This document shows, one piece after another, positions 23,337 to 41,492 of a stretch of DNA of 64,000 nucleotides (positions within the stretch are counted from its first letter, which is position 1; each line of letters opens with the position of its first letter). The stretch is from Macrostomum hystrix (Eukaryota > Animalia > Platyhelminthes), in the NCBI GenBank assembly GCA_950097015.1, contig CATNEN010000024.1, positions 1,488,001 through 1,552,000 of the forward strand. The letters are read 5' to 3'. Under the pieces are notes generated by a model that made no database searches, was not told where the DNA came from, and worked only from the letters and a program-made list of their open reading frames with translations. Both the position numbers and the translations under genes were made by a program.

Positions 23337-26300
23337 TCAGAAGTTCAGTTTGATGCCGAAGCTTATCGTAAATAATATTTTTCGTATGCTTTAACAACTG
23401 ACCTTCCCGAGACAACACTCAGTTTGCATATTGCTAATGTTATCGAAACCAGTCAATTTTAACACCACAATTAACGAATTTGAATTTGAAAACGCTTTTA
23501 GTAAACTACCACGCGGTGGCCTATTTCTTTTCATAGCTGCCACTTTTTTATACGTACAAACGGAAACTATATCTGTTCAAATGCGCAGTGCAAAAAATAC
23601 ATAACTAAGCTAAATTTACCTGTTTCATTAAATCAATTTTAGCTACATTTTGAATTAGGTTTGCCTACACTTAATTAAAACATTAGGAAACGAGCAAAAG
23701 TAAAAACATTGAATTATTTAACTAGCCGTAAGTTACAATTACTTAAGTAATTCTTGTTCGACACCATTAGAAAGGTCCCAAGCTACGAGGCGGGGACGAC
23801 CGTCTGTGGGCTGTCAGAAGGTCCAAATACTGGCAAAGTGCCAATAGGTCGCATAACCTTTGAGCTGGAGAAACTATTTGCCTTTCTTGACTATTCGATT
23901 TGGAAAAGCAGCCCGACTCACTCGTCTTGCTCGGCAGAATATGCTAGCTTGAAAACGCTAAGGCGCTTATCAGTATTAGCATTAGTTTAGAGAAGCTAGT
24001 TAAGTGTGGCTGTGGACGATCGCGCGCTGTCTTAGTGAATGAATCACACTCTTAATGTTACATGTAGCAATAATTATGAACGTTCTGGGTGCTTCGCCTG
24101 CTACATAAACTGTGAAAAGAAAGCTGTGTGAAATGCTCGCTCATTTTTGTCCCTTTCAACGGCACATACCAGGCCAGAAGTACTGGAAATAAGCTGGCGA
24201 CGAAAACAGGACTCTGGAGCATTTGGTATTAGACCTTATTCCTCGTCGGTAATAGCCGCATTCCAAGCATGCCCTTCTTTGATGGACGCTGTCTGTATGT
24301 GGCGGCATTCGGGCTGCCTGTTACTACAGTTACATCCATAATATAGAACGTCCTATCCGGAAGGCGAATACACAAAACTGCGAGGTTGGGAAGTCGCAAT
24401 GCACCAAACGTTTGTGTCACGTGCCCTGCGGTGGTCGTCAAAAGTTAACGAATTCCCGGTGCATAAGGCTCTCCCGCATAGTCGCTAACGGCCTTAAAAA
24501 CTCGAAGGAATTTAGTCTAGAAGCAATAGCATGCCTGCATAGCTAAAATGGGGAAACTGGTTTGTTAACTAACGGCCTGCGGCTGCAACCAAAGATTGTT
24601 AAAGAGATGTCCTACCGTCTTCCCTACAAGGCTCAAGGGTGAAGCCATTGCGGCATTCTACCTATGACAGCTGATGCATGAATACTGACTGCTTGTACGT
24701 GTTGGCATGCCGGTCTGTCGAACCTTTTCATTACGACACGTTGCTTCTTATGCAGTGCCAGGGCATTCGATAATGGTTGTTATTTTTATAATGCTATGTA
24801 AGGAAATTAAAGCATGAGGTCTTGCTGATTTATAGTGCATCCCCTTAAGTACACACATGATAGCCAAGAAATATGTAGCTCATGGGAATATTTAATACTT
24901 TGTGAAGTGAATAGAGTATAACAGCCCCAATCACTGGTCAGGAAACACAAACGAAAGCAGGTTTTAAAGCACTTAGCAACTAATTTAGCACCACAAACCC
25001 AACTATTTAATTATAAAGTGGTATGTTTTCAATGAGCCAATTGACCCGCAAACCATTAAAATTTATGTAAGTGGCTTGCACTGAAATGGCTTATTGCGAA
25101 TCGGAAACAGAAAAAGCAGACAGCTGCACAATGCGAAAAAAGATCTGACCATTTTACATTTCAATTTTCACATTCCACAATTTTAAGGGCAAAATAATGA
25201 GCATACTCATGAATTGATCTGCTTTTATTTGCGGTTCAAATTTATACTTTTATTTTTGCCACACATCCGCTGGTTCTACTATCAGTAGTGCATAAACACA
25301 GTATCGATTGCTAACTCAATGTGCGACACTCCACATTTGAGAGTACATGGGAATGTCTAGCTAAATAGTTGGGCAAATCAATGAATAGCATTATCGAATA
25401 AATAGGCTTCCCCAGCGCTGTTTAATCTCCATTATCAGGTCGTGAAAAGGAGATAGAGAGACTGTGACGGAGAGAGGTAAAGTAGTAAACACACTAATAG
25501 AGAAAGATAGATTAAATAGTATTACTTCCGGGGGCAGAAAGGTCATATCTGTGCGAATTTCGATTACTAGATCAGTCTGCAATAAATACAATATATGCTG
25601 GATAAAACAATAGAGATGAGGCGGTAGGTGGGAGCTAATCAAATTGGGCAAATAGTGCAGTGCTACCAGACACTGACCTGTTCGGGAGACAGTCCGATAG
25701 GCGAAAGGCAGATTTAGGTTAAACAAAAGCAAAATAAAAGAAGCAGAACACAAAATATTCAGGAAAAAATAGACCAGAACTTACATAGCCGAATGCTGAA
25801 CAAAACACTTGGAGATGAACGAAAAGGGCCCGAGTACGTACATTGTCGGTGAGGAAACGCAGGGATTTAGGGTGGCTATGAGGGTCTCTGATTTTTACAA
25901 ACGAAAGTCGGAGACGAATGCCTAAAGAGTGGCGCCGTGTGCGCTTTGTGATTCCTTCACCAGAAAAGATGAGATCTGGTCAATTATGAGTCATATCAGT
26001 CACAGAGAAACCTTGCTAATTAGCACAATTATCAATCCATCTACAAAAATTACATCTCAATTAAGGAAACACAAACATAGTGCAGAAAACCGAACAGACG
26101 CAATGCAAGCCTTTCTGTACGGCAGGACACAAAAATTACAATGGGCACAGCAGAAAAAAAACAAACCAAATGAAAACATGCAAAACAGCACGACTGTGTT
26201 AATACGAACAATTCTTAAGCAAAGAAAGCAACAAACACACAAAAAACAACTCAAAACAATATATTTAGTGTATCATTTATTCGCTGATATTATTTTAAGA

Positions 26301-26500
26301 ATCCCAGGGCACATTTGCATCACACATAGGCGTATCCTGTGTACACAGAATCGTAGAATTTTCTCCCCTGATGACAAAGCTTTTGATAAAAAGCAAAGAA
26401 ACGTTACATTTTCCTTAGAAAAACTATGGACAGAAGAGCTTTGAGATGTTACTAAGTCATAAGTCATGGCCATGTAGCCATGCCATTCAGCAAAGTCCCC

Positions 26501-30837
<4,337 letters not shown>

Positions 30838-33800
30838 TTAAAATTGACTTTCTTTTACTTCACCAAAACTAACAGAAGCCTGGCTTTTAAGCAGATTTAA
30901 GAAGGAGTTTGATTTTGCTGAAAAAAACAAGATAAAAATTAATTTAAGAGCATCTGACTTCTGACCAAGAGGGGCTAAGAAAAGTAATTGCTTAGTACCA
31001 ATGCTGACAGCCTGACTTATTATGCCTAATATACTGTTATACTATTTTGCTATATATTTTTATATCTGGATGTCATGAACTTCCTAAAGAAGGCTCTTAC
31101 AGTCTTACAACTGCTTGCTGCTTGCTAGATCAAATCAAGTTAAAATGTTTGTCAGGAATTAACAGTAGGAGATAAGTAAACCAGAAAATGAAAAAAAATA
31201 TATATATGTCATGACTATGGTAAAAAATAATCAATGATAGCAAATTTAATTTTTTGCCCTATGTAAACACACTAAACAGACAACAATAGATTGTGATGGG
31301 ACTACAAAGGACAGCAAAGGAAAACCCATTCATATTTTATTTTAATAATAAATATTTTTCTAATACACAAGTTCTAGAATTCTTATCTGAATCTGGATTT
31401 CTTTTAAAGAACTTAATTGCAATAGGACCACAATGAGACCTCAACAGGAGTACTTGCTAGTTGCTACATGTGCAAATATATATTGAATAAATGATTGTAT
31501 TACAGCATTTACATGGACCCTAGCTGTAATTCTAGCACTACCTTATCGAGTGCAATGAAGAAATTTGAAACTTATAAAATAATTCAACACCAACCATATA
31601 TTTTAAAGACATTGTGTCACTTAACAAAAGTATAAATACCGTTAAATTATTGGTTTCAATTGTGTTTTAACTCCAACAGATGATGAAGTTGTTAAATACA
31701 ATGTTGTTATAACTACAATTACAATTACAAAGTAAAATTAAAAGTAGTAAATGCAAAACAATGAATATAATAAGCAATACAAAAAAGGCCTTATTCAGTA
31801 TTCTGTTATTTTTATATAAGCACTTTCACAAGTTGGATAGGAACAAATAGCAAAAACAAAGTACAATGATTAAAAAACTTTAAAATTGTAATAATTAATT
31901 TTTAGGTAGCTGTTTTTTGCTTCTACACAATTGGGCATTCTTTTAAAATCATTATTTTAACAGTTTTTCTGAAAAGTTTCATTTCAAAAGGATGCACTGA
32001 TTGATCACATCAATCAAATTTCTAAACACTTAACAAACAGGGGCTGCTTCTGGGGTTCTATGGAACTTGTTTGTAGCAAATGTTCAGTGCAGGGGAGATG
32101 AAAGCAAAATTTTTGACATGCTTGATAGTGTCTATGGCCAAAAGGGATAAGCTGGTTAGTTGGAGGGGAAGTATTAGCACATTTTCTGTGTTCTGCTAAC
32201 ACACTACTAATTTTCTACTATTAACTAACATACACTTGTCTATTAACACCATGCCAGTAGGCCACCTGGCAGCACCATCAGATATTGTGGAACCAAACTC
32301 CCTTATTATTACCCCTGCTACCCACATGCAATCCTGCAGAATTTGGACATGACATTTGACACTCATCATATCCTTATTTAATTGTTTCCCATTGTTTCAA
32401 AATGATTTGCCAATGTTTTGGCATCAATTTGAACATACATGCGCAACACCCGGCCAACCCGGCCGAACCGGCTGGGTGAAACGAGGGCCAAGCAAGGTAA
32501 GTCACAAAAACCAATTGAAAAAAAATCAAAGGGGGGACCAAGGGACAAAAAAGAAAGGTGTGAACTGTGAAAAAAAGGAAAAAGGGGAGAGAAAAAAGAG
32601 AGCAAATGAGAGCAAACTAAGTTGTAAATAAAGCAATGAAATGAACTAAGTCGCAAATGAGAGCAAAAACTAAGTTGCATGGCCAGCTAAGATTTGGGAG
32701 GTTGCGCATGCATGAATTTGAAATGAAACTTTACTGAAAAACTGTTTAACGAACGATTCAAAAAGAATGCCCAAAGTTGAGACAAAAAGTAGGCTAAGAA
32801 TAAATAAATACATTATCTAGCTACTAGCTTGGCGGCCTTGGCATTGGGGTGCAGCGAAATACTTGAAAAAAATAATAAGATCGATTCCATCAGACATGTA
32901 ACAAAATATTAATATCTAATTATGCAATCATGTACAAAAAAGTACTAAGCGCATTATATGCAAATAATTCAGCAATGCTTTCACGAAATAAAAATGAGAG
33001 GGTAGAGCCTGTAGAGGGACCTAAGCTTGGATTGGACTATAGTCGTTTAGACAAGGTTTTAGGCTTTAGACAAGCTCGCTTGCTTTACTATGAGAAACTA
33101 TAAGATGGAGGACTAGATTATGACTGCTTTCAAAGAAATCTCTAAATAACAGTTCGACATAACTCACTTCTTTTTGCCTTGCCTTATTAAAAGCTATGTG
33201 TACAAATGCAATAAAGTTCTCGGTTAGACAAATTTAGAAATTTACACTCATTTATGCTGATAAAGTTGCAAGTCTGTGTACTATTACATTGAGGTTAATT
33301 TTTTTATCAGTTAGGTCAGTAAACTTATCTGCTAATTTATTTATCTACAGTACTAGAGAATAGATGGCACTTTAAATTTGTTTTACATTGCACAAATTTT
33401 GAAGACTTTCAAAAAGAGCGAAGCAATCGCGAACCCTTAAACGTATAGCTAGCACTAGCAGTACGCATCTCAGACAAAACATTTTTATTTGCAAATTATT
33501 TCATCATCTGGGGCGAGGTGGCTGCCACCCTCATTTTCTGTCGTGGGTCGGCGGGTCTTAAGAGTTGTGTTCGACCTGAATTATCATATGGACAGAGCAC
33601 ATGTATTTCATATGAAAATTACAAACTATCATGTTCATTCACTTTTCATATACTCGTACTTTAATGCTATGCAACTACTTTTTTGGAGGCTGTATTGGTA
33701 TTACTTCGCTTACTTTGAGATGAGAAGCGTGTGGAGGTGCTAAATGTGGCAAGAAGGCTACGACCGTTTATTCTGATTACTTTGGGCTGCATCTATCTGG

Positions 33801-34897
33801 CTAGTGGCTTAAAGTTCATTTACTCATTTTTATAATACTGTTTTAGACAGATAAGCCTGGATGCTGGAAAAGCATACCAATACGAGTACTTAAATTAAAA
33901 CATTAGTGTTGTATGAATTCTTATCCGTGTGGCTACACAAATATCTGACTCCACGACATTGCTTTACTTCATTACCATTTATACGTAAATGTGTAAAAAA
34001 AGCAATACGCTAGCTAATTATTGTCACTTTAAAAAACACAAACAAGATCGCTCTATTTTGTTTGAGGACACAGGCGGCAGCATAATTTTATTAGAATGGA
34101 TATATTTGCATTTAAAATGAAGGTATGCATGCAGTTATGCTAAGCATTCTGCAGGTAATTGAGAAATGACATGCAAGGAGTGGCAGTGTGCAGTAATTAG
34201 TAAGAGTTTTCATTGTCTGAAAGCGTCAAGTCTAGACAACTTACTTTACCGTAAGTTATTAATTAATTCCATTATTATATAAAGGAAAGAAGCTGTATTT
34301 AACATTATAGAACGATGCATCATTTCTCATAATTGTGAAAGCAACATAATATTTTTCTAGGCTAAAAAGGCCAGGAGAAGATTGTACACGAGAAGGTAAA
34401 GAAATGCTTGCAATGTAAGAAACCGGGATTGGTCACTCCTTTTGTACAAGTCGCTTCCGCGCTCCACTACGGCCGACGTCAACCTCGGGCCTGTAGAATC
34501 GGAAAAAATAGGTGCACCGCTTTCGCATGCTGTATCAGGATATCAATTACATATAGATATTATAGATCAACCAGACTGACATTTTCCATAAAGAAACATC
34601 TTAAGCTCAAAGTGTGATGTTAAGAGTTAACTATTAGCTGAAATAATCTCCATACCACTACCACAGTGCAAATGGTAATTGCTTTCTTATACCGGCACTA
34701 AAGATAAGTAAAAGTACAGCAACTTGTGCAGTAAGTAATTAAGTAGCTTTAGCTCATGTACCGCATACAGTTGAACATGCTATCGGCTAGCAAAATCCTC
34801 GCTAGCAAACTTCAGCTAGCAGATTTATCGTTAGCAAACTTTCCTGCAGCAAAACTTATAGCCCCTTTTTGTTTCAGATAATATCTAGAAACAGTAC

Positions 34898-36955
34898 TTA
34901 CGCGCGATTTTCTTGCGCGTAATCATCCGGAGCATCTAGATCCACTAACTCGGGCGGCTCGTCGCTATCCTCGCTCGGTGGAACGGTGTCCCGCAGTGTG
35001 GCAGCAGGCGTCGCATCCTTAACTAAATCATCGTAGTCCTCATCGTCGTCATCTTCGTGCTCGTCCTCTTCGTCGCTTTCCAAGTGCGCTGTCAACACTT
35101 CGTCCTCGCCGTCTCCGTCAGTCTTTTTATGCCGAGCTCGGACGGCGGCTGAAGCGGAAGTCGAGGAGGACCCCTCGCGTAGGCAGCAAAAGTAGGCTAT
35201 TATAATCACCAGCGGCAGGACGACGCCAACTAAAAGGGCCGCCCAGATCCACGGCCGCTCTCTGCTGGCTTCGCGCACAGCGTCAATCAAAGATTGGAAG
35301 GCCCAGTCGGCCTGGCGTTCCGCCTGCTGTTTAACCTGCCAAGTCTGTTCGGCGAATGCGTCAGCCAGCTGCTTGTGGTCCACTATCAGCAGGTTATCGA
35401 ATGCAGCACCTTCGGTCACAGACCACAGCTCAAGACCGATGGCGCCAATGGGAGCAAAGCGCCAAGGCTCCCTATCGGCGTACAAATCGGGATTTGGGAT
35501 TTTGCGCGGCTGCCAGACGCCTTTGTAGGCTGGATTGTTCACCAGAGGTGGAGACCATTTGCCGCGGTAAAGAGGATTTTTCACCTTTGGCCGAATCCAG
35601 GGACCGCAGCCGGGAGCGTTCTTGCACCTGGAAAGATGCAATTGGGCAATGCGAAGATAGTGGAAATTTAATACACTACCTATCATATTTACTTTTTGGC
35701 ATAAGAGAGGCAACATTTCTCCATCGATTACTTCTTCTTCGAGTAATCGGCTTCTAAATCTTCATTGGCTAGGATTAGATGCTAGACCTAAAACAGTGAA
35801 AGCTCGTATTCACCTAAGTTGAGTATTGTGTAACTTCCATGAAAATCAATAATGTATTTATTAGATGGCTCATGCTTGTGAGCTATTTGCTTACCTGGGA
35901 TTATCTATTCTACCGGGTTCCCAGACGCCGTCCATATCGTCGTCCCAATCTCTAGGCTTCTGGGCCATCGGATCGGGCACTGTTCTCGGCTCGCCGAGCA
36001 GCCAGCCAGGAGGCATGACAGCCTGCTCGTCCTCCACAAACTCCGGCTGCGCCTCGTCCCAATCGGCCGGCCTGAAAGCCTGGGGATCTGGAATCTTCTC
36101 CCGGTCATCCCAATCGGACGGCCTCGCATCGGTCGGATCGTCAACATCCGGATGTGGATTAACGGGCGGCTCGAGGTCCTCCAACAAGCTGCCGCTGTTC
36201 ACAAGGATCCTGTCCACATAGACTTGAAAGCTATTATCTGAATTTATTACCAGAGTGTACAGATGAGTTCGCTTATCGGTGAAGTATGCATCAAGATCGA
36301 CCTTCGGCTTCTTGGAGTGCTTCTCCTCAACAAGGCTGGTGAGAGGACTGCGGTGGCGCAGAATAAAGTGCAGCTTGCTCTCTGGGCCGCACTTGTCCGG
36401 CCCAAACATGATAGTGTAAGGCGTCTTGTCGTTGAAATTGTTCAAATCAAGGCTAGGCTCGTCCGTCAGCAGTTTCAAATAAGCTCCGCCGCACACCATG
36501 CCCTGCTGGAACTTCACCTCATACTGCAGTACGAACTGCTTCTCTGACCGGTCGAACACAAACGGCCGGGTCAGCTTGGCCGAGACTGCATAGTGTCTGG
36601 CCTGGCTCTTCATCACCAGTGCGTAGTCGCCATCCACAACAGAGCTGACAGGCACCTCCACTGACCAGAGGCCGTCATACTTAGCCAGGCTGGAGTCTGT
36701 CTCGTCGTCTTTCTTAGACTGCGATGCTACCAGGCCATGGTCTGAAAGGTTGCCAGGGCCGGGAAAGTATTGCGCATAGTAGACACCATCGGGCAGCTTG
36801 GGTGGGCTGAATCTTAGCTTGGTTGTGGGTCTGACACGATCATCTGCACCCTTAGCTTCATAATTGCTGGTCTCGTGGCCATGCAGGTGCTGAGCTGAGA
36901 CATGTAAAATCAGTAGATAATGCAGCAGTGCGATTGCTTGCTGTAGCTGCATCAT
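34898..36955 (-). CDS. CANX: Calnexin (exons 36955-35895, 35627-34898; 596 aa)
   Basis: Signal peptide, LQYEVKFQ..CGGAYLKLL, IMFGPDKCG and P-domain repeats (IPDPQAFRPADWDE, KPRDWDDDMDGVW). TM segment WIWAALLVGVVLPLVIIIAYFCC followed by an acidic tail. Phase-2 intron GTAAGC..TTTCCAG. Confidence 0.97.
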
Positions 36956-39900
36956 TTATACTGAATTTAGTAGTTCTGCTAAGAGCTGTAAATAATTTGT
37001 GGCAAAACACAATAATTAATTTTTCCTAAATTTGTATAGAAGCTATTATAGCTACTAATAGCTGCTCATTTCTAGCTCATGATTGATATTTATTAAAAGT
37101 CAAAATGACTGAAAAATATTTTCTTTATGGCAATTAATCAAGTAAATAGATAAATAAATTTCAAATTTAAATGAAATCCTGGATTGGATAATATGAAGTG
37201 AATAAATATACCATAGCACACAAAAAGTTTTACATATAGACAATTAGCTATCTAGTAAGCTAGTAGCTACTCTTTTTCTCCACTAGGATCTTATTAGAGG
37301 CATAGGCCTAGCTAGCAAATATTTTTATAACCATAAATAAAATATAATTCTTAATTGTTTACTTGTAATTTAAAAGCTAGCATTTTTTTATAAGTCGTCA
37401 TATGTTTGGCTTTAGCAATCATTATGATCACTCAATCGAGTTATACATAAAATTAATGTGATACTGTTGAAAATATAACAGTGCAGTGCATGTATGCTGT
37501 CAAAATGCTTAAAATGGTACCTTACACTACTGTACAAAAATATATAAGTCTGAACTACAACAAACACAAAATCAAAAGTAGTAGTAAGCTAAATAATAAT
37601 TTGTTGTTTCGAAGAAATATAACATAATTAAATTTAATCATTCTACAAAAAACATTATTTATAAAATGCATGGCTTCTTATCCAATTATTTAAGCATGCG
37701 ATAGTCGATACCTTGCTAATAAGAAAAGTATAAGTATTATTCTGCACTACTATTAAAAATTACATTTAACTTGCCGACTTGAATATATCGATAAAGCAAA
37801 ATTCACTAAAACAAATTAGGATTCTTTATCTACAAATGAAAACCTTAAACCGTAAAAATGAGGTATTTACGAGTTTTTACATGCCTTAACTTTTTAATGT
37901 CTGCTTATCATCGAAGTCCAGCTTATTATTGGCGTAAAATATAGTGCGCTTTGGATATTTTCTTCATGATAATCCCCTCATCGATCGTGTGTAAATGGGT
38001 GCACTTGCACGCTAGCAAGGAAAGAGTGTATAGAAGAAGATAATTAAAAATACTATTTTTGTGTGAAACAAAAGTTATTCTTACCCAAGGACTAATATAT
38101 ATAGTATCCGCGTTACTTTAGTAGTCCTGGATTCTTAATTAACTTCCATTGTGTGTTTTAATACTAACTTATATATACAGAAGTGATTCAATTCCATGAA
38201 ATTTTTCTGGAATTGATATCTTCAGGAGAAAAAATATTACTCTGGCGAAGTGTGCATTATCGCGCCTAACTATCCATTCAGAATAGCTCGAACCAATTTA
38301 CATCGGATCACGGGAGCAAAGAACAAGAGATATAAAGAAAGCAGCAGAACGCCTAAGAAGAATGGCTTCGTGGACAAATGACTGTGGCACGAGACCACTT
38401 TTGTCTGCGATTCTCGGGCTTATGCGAATCTTTTCCACAACATCATGTCTTGAGTATCGAGTTTAGAGTGCGGGAGCATCCTTGTGTATTATACTATGGC
38501 TACATATCGTCCACGCGCTTACGACGTGTTACGCTTATAAATAATGATTTATATATATGAATATGCCTTAATGTAAGAGGTTAGGAGACGAAATTTTAAG
38601 AATACAAAATTAATTATGTGAATGATGTCTTGCTTTGATCTTCAGGTCATGTAATTATTTTGTTTTATATCATTACAAAATGCATATTTGTTTCATTTTT
38701 ATTTGTGTTTGTCGACTATTCGATCCACGAATATCTTGTGCCAATAAATCTGGATGCAAATCGATAGAAAAGTTTCAATATAATTTAGAGTTCGTTTCAT
38801 GCATCCAGCACTATAGAACTCATATGCGGTACTCAACGCTTTGTAATTCAAGCTGCTCAGATAGAACACAGAGAGACGGCAGCAGTTAGCTTGCGGGATC
38901 CTGATCGATTTAAAACAGTAATGGAGACGAAGTAAAAAATATTAATTTAGTCAGGATGCCGAGAAGTCTATTTGAACCTTTCAAGTAAGAGAGATGTTTA
39001 CCAACCAATCGACATTAAGTCATTATCGAAACTTAAAAAAATTGTGTACATGATCACGTGACTTTCAAATGATTGTTTCGCTATTTTAGAAGGTCACCAC
39101 AAGAAGAATCTAGAATTTGCAAAAGTTTGCCTGTTTGTACATCTGTAGAACCTCATGAAGTTTAACAATTTACGCATACAGATAAGCTAGTAGCTATAGA
39201 AAAGTTAAAATGCCACTATTGATGTCATTGTGAAATCACTTGTCAACAACATAATTCTGCACAAAGTACTGGACACTTAAGTGGATGCAGTGGACCTCTG
39301 ATTTGAGTTCTCCATGTACCAGATCTTGGCCGTTGTAGAGTGGGAGGAGGCATCAGATTCAGATATAACTGGGCATTAATTCTTTCTATGTTTTCCTAAA
39401 AAGCTCCACACAAACTATCGATACACGGCCACAAATACCGCGGCAACAATTAAACTGCAGATCAGTTCACTGCGTCCTGTTCAAGCAACAGGTTGCGATG
39501 TAAGGCGGACGGTTCTGCCTTGTTCTTAATAATCGATTCGTAGCACTATTATCAGAGCACTGTGCATGTACGGCGTTCTGGGCGAAGCTTTTAAAGCAAA
39601 TTAAGAAAGGCTACTATTATCTAGAGCAGATCAATGACAAGAAGCAACGATTGACAAGTGAACGCACTACATCACAGTACATGCTAGCACTAATATCGGT
39701 GGTTTAGGAGGCCTGCTTATTTACGAACGTATTCGTATTTTTGTTTAAAAATGTACTTTTTACTTTAAGTAATTTATATTTTTCGTAAATAAAAAGTCAA
39801 TAAACAGTTTCTATCGATAAATTAAACGATAAGAGAGGTGCCATGCAATTCTTGGCTGTTCACAGGAGCAACACTGCATGAGTTATATAGATCAAGGACT

Positions 39901-40447
39901 TAACATTGCGCCATCGACTGCAGTCTTATCGCTAACAAAGTTCTTGCATACAAGTCGCAAAAAAAGATTATAATTTTGATCAGCGCTGCAAACTATATTC
40001 GGCAGTTGAGACAGAAACTAAACCATCCATGGATTGATTGGAACGGGTTTTGAGCACTTCTCATTGGCTGCTTCATTGGGTCTGAGGAACAAATAATATA
40101 GGATCTCTAAATCGCATCCACATCTGTCTACAAGGCTGAATTGAGTTTACTCTCCAACTCTGCGAGTACATTATTTGTTTAAATGCGCGTGAACTATTGA
40201 TTCTAAAGGTAAGTTCGAGACAAGTTTTAATTTATTTCTCCTTCGTTTTGTTATACGAGCGTAGTTTATGCGTAGGAGTCAGGCTTCTAACTCGCAGAAT
40301 CAGAAAGTATTCGTACTTTTAGAGACGGCTAATTTAAGATCAGATAAAGGACAATGACGCTCATGTTCTTCTTTGACCCACCGACCCAGCTACAGTCTGA
40401 CATCAATCACGCATGCGACTAAGCATTTATAATCGGCAATCAGCGAC

Positions 40448-40852
40448 ATGAACAAGAGCAGCTCACCAAAGTTCAGCCTGCATGACCTGGAGCTGATGAC
40501 GCAACCATTCGAGCCGTGGACCAGCCGGCAGTTGAGCACTAACGATGTCGAGGAGAACAGCAGCGAGGCTCCAGTCAGCTTGCCGACCGACTGGAATCTG
40601 AGCCTTCGTCAGGTCTGCGGAGACAGCTGGAGGCTCAGGAGCGATCGCAGTGGCAGCGGCCGCGGCTACAGCATTGGTATCGAAGGTGGCGACGATGGAG
40701 ATGGCGCCGGCGGTTGTCCAGCAGGCGATGCCGGCAAGATTCTGTGCGCCACGCTGGCCTTTCTCAGCTTCCTCGGCCTCATCCTGGTGCTGATGACGGC
40801 GCTGCTGCTGCGTCGCGCGGATTCAAACAAACCTCAAGGCATTTCGGACTGA
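40448..40852 (+). CDS. Hypothetical 134-aa single-pass membrane protein
   Basis: ATG-initiated, GC-rich ORF with C/G-ending codons like the local genes, set in AT-rich flanks. It has one 24-aa hydrophobic helix followed by RR. No family recognised. Confidence 0.55.
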   Translation: MNKSSSPKFSLHDLELMTQPFEPWTSRQLSTNDVEENSSEAPVSLPTDWNLSLRQVCGDSWRLRSDRSGSGRGYSIGIEGGDDGDGAGGCPAGDAGKILCATLAFLSFLGLILVLMTALLLRRADSNKPQGISD

Positions 40853-41165
40853 CTTTCTGAGTACAATTGGGACAATTGAGAAGTAATGGGCACAGCTAGT
40901 ATTTATTGCGACTGAGATGTTGGGCACCGGTAGACTGACTGTTCGAGGATTCGGTAGGCACACCGGTTGCTAATACAGTAGTAGTTTCATTAGTAGTATG
41001 TGCAGCATAAAAGTAAATAGTGTACTTAAGATCGTTTTTTGATTGCACTATCGTGCTCTGCATTCACTGTAAATTTATACACAGAAAAAAATGATACATT
41101 CTATGCATTCAATGACAAAAAAGAGTTGATTTGTTTTTTTTTCGCTTTTTTTCGTCAATTATTTC

Positions 41166-41492
41166 ACACTGAAGGTATGAGGTGTAGCACACTGAAGGTA
41201 TGGGGTGTAGCACACTGAAGGTATGAGGTGTAGCACACTGAAGGTATGAGGTGTAGCACACTGAAGGTATGGGGTGTAGCACACTGAAGGTATGAGGTGT
41301 AGCACACTGAAGGTATGAGGTGTAGCACACTGAAGGTATGAGGTGTAGCACACTGAATGTATGAGGTGTAGCACACTGAAGGTATGGGGTGTAGCACACT
41401 GAATGTATGAGGTGTAGCACACTGAAGGTATGAGGTGTAGCACACTGAAGGTATGAGGTGTAGCACATTGAATGTATGAGGTGTAGCACACT
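41166..41492. repeat. 23-bp minisatellite (CACACTGAAGGTATGAGGTGTAG), about 14 copies
   Basis: Direct tandem periodicity. Confidence 0.96.

Noticed and set aside
26365-26420. Hammerhead ribozyme (CTGATGA..hairpin..GAAAC); also CTGATGA in the 30-bp units
   Set aside because: Stem II is not flush with the core and stems I/III cannot be formed; the 30-bp units lack GAAA.
25300-26450. Decayed LINE RT on the minus strand
   Set aside because: Only vague resemblance and no recognisable catalytic YxDD; not supportable by eye.
32438-32710. MITE bounded by CATGCGCAAC / GTTGCGCATG
   Set aside because: Only a 10-bp inverted repeat and no clear TSD; insufficient support.
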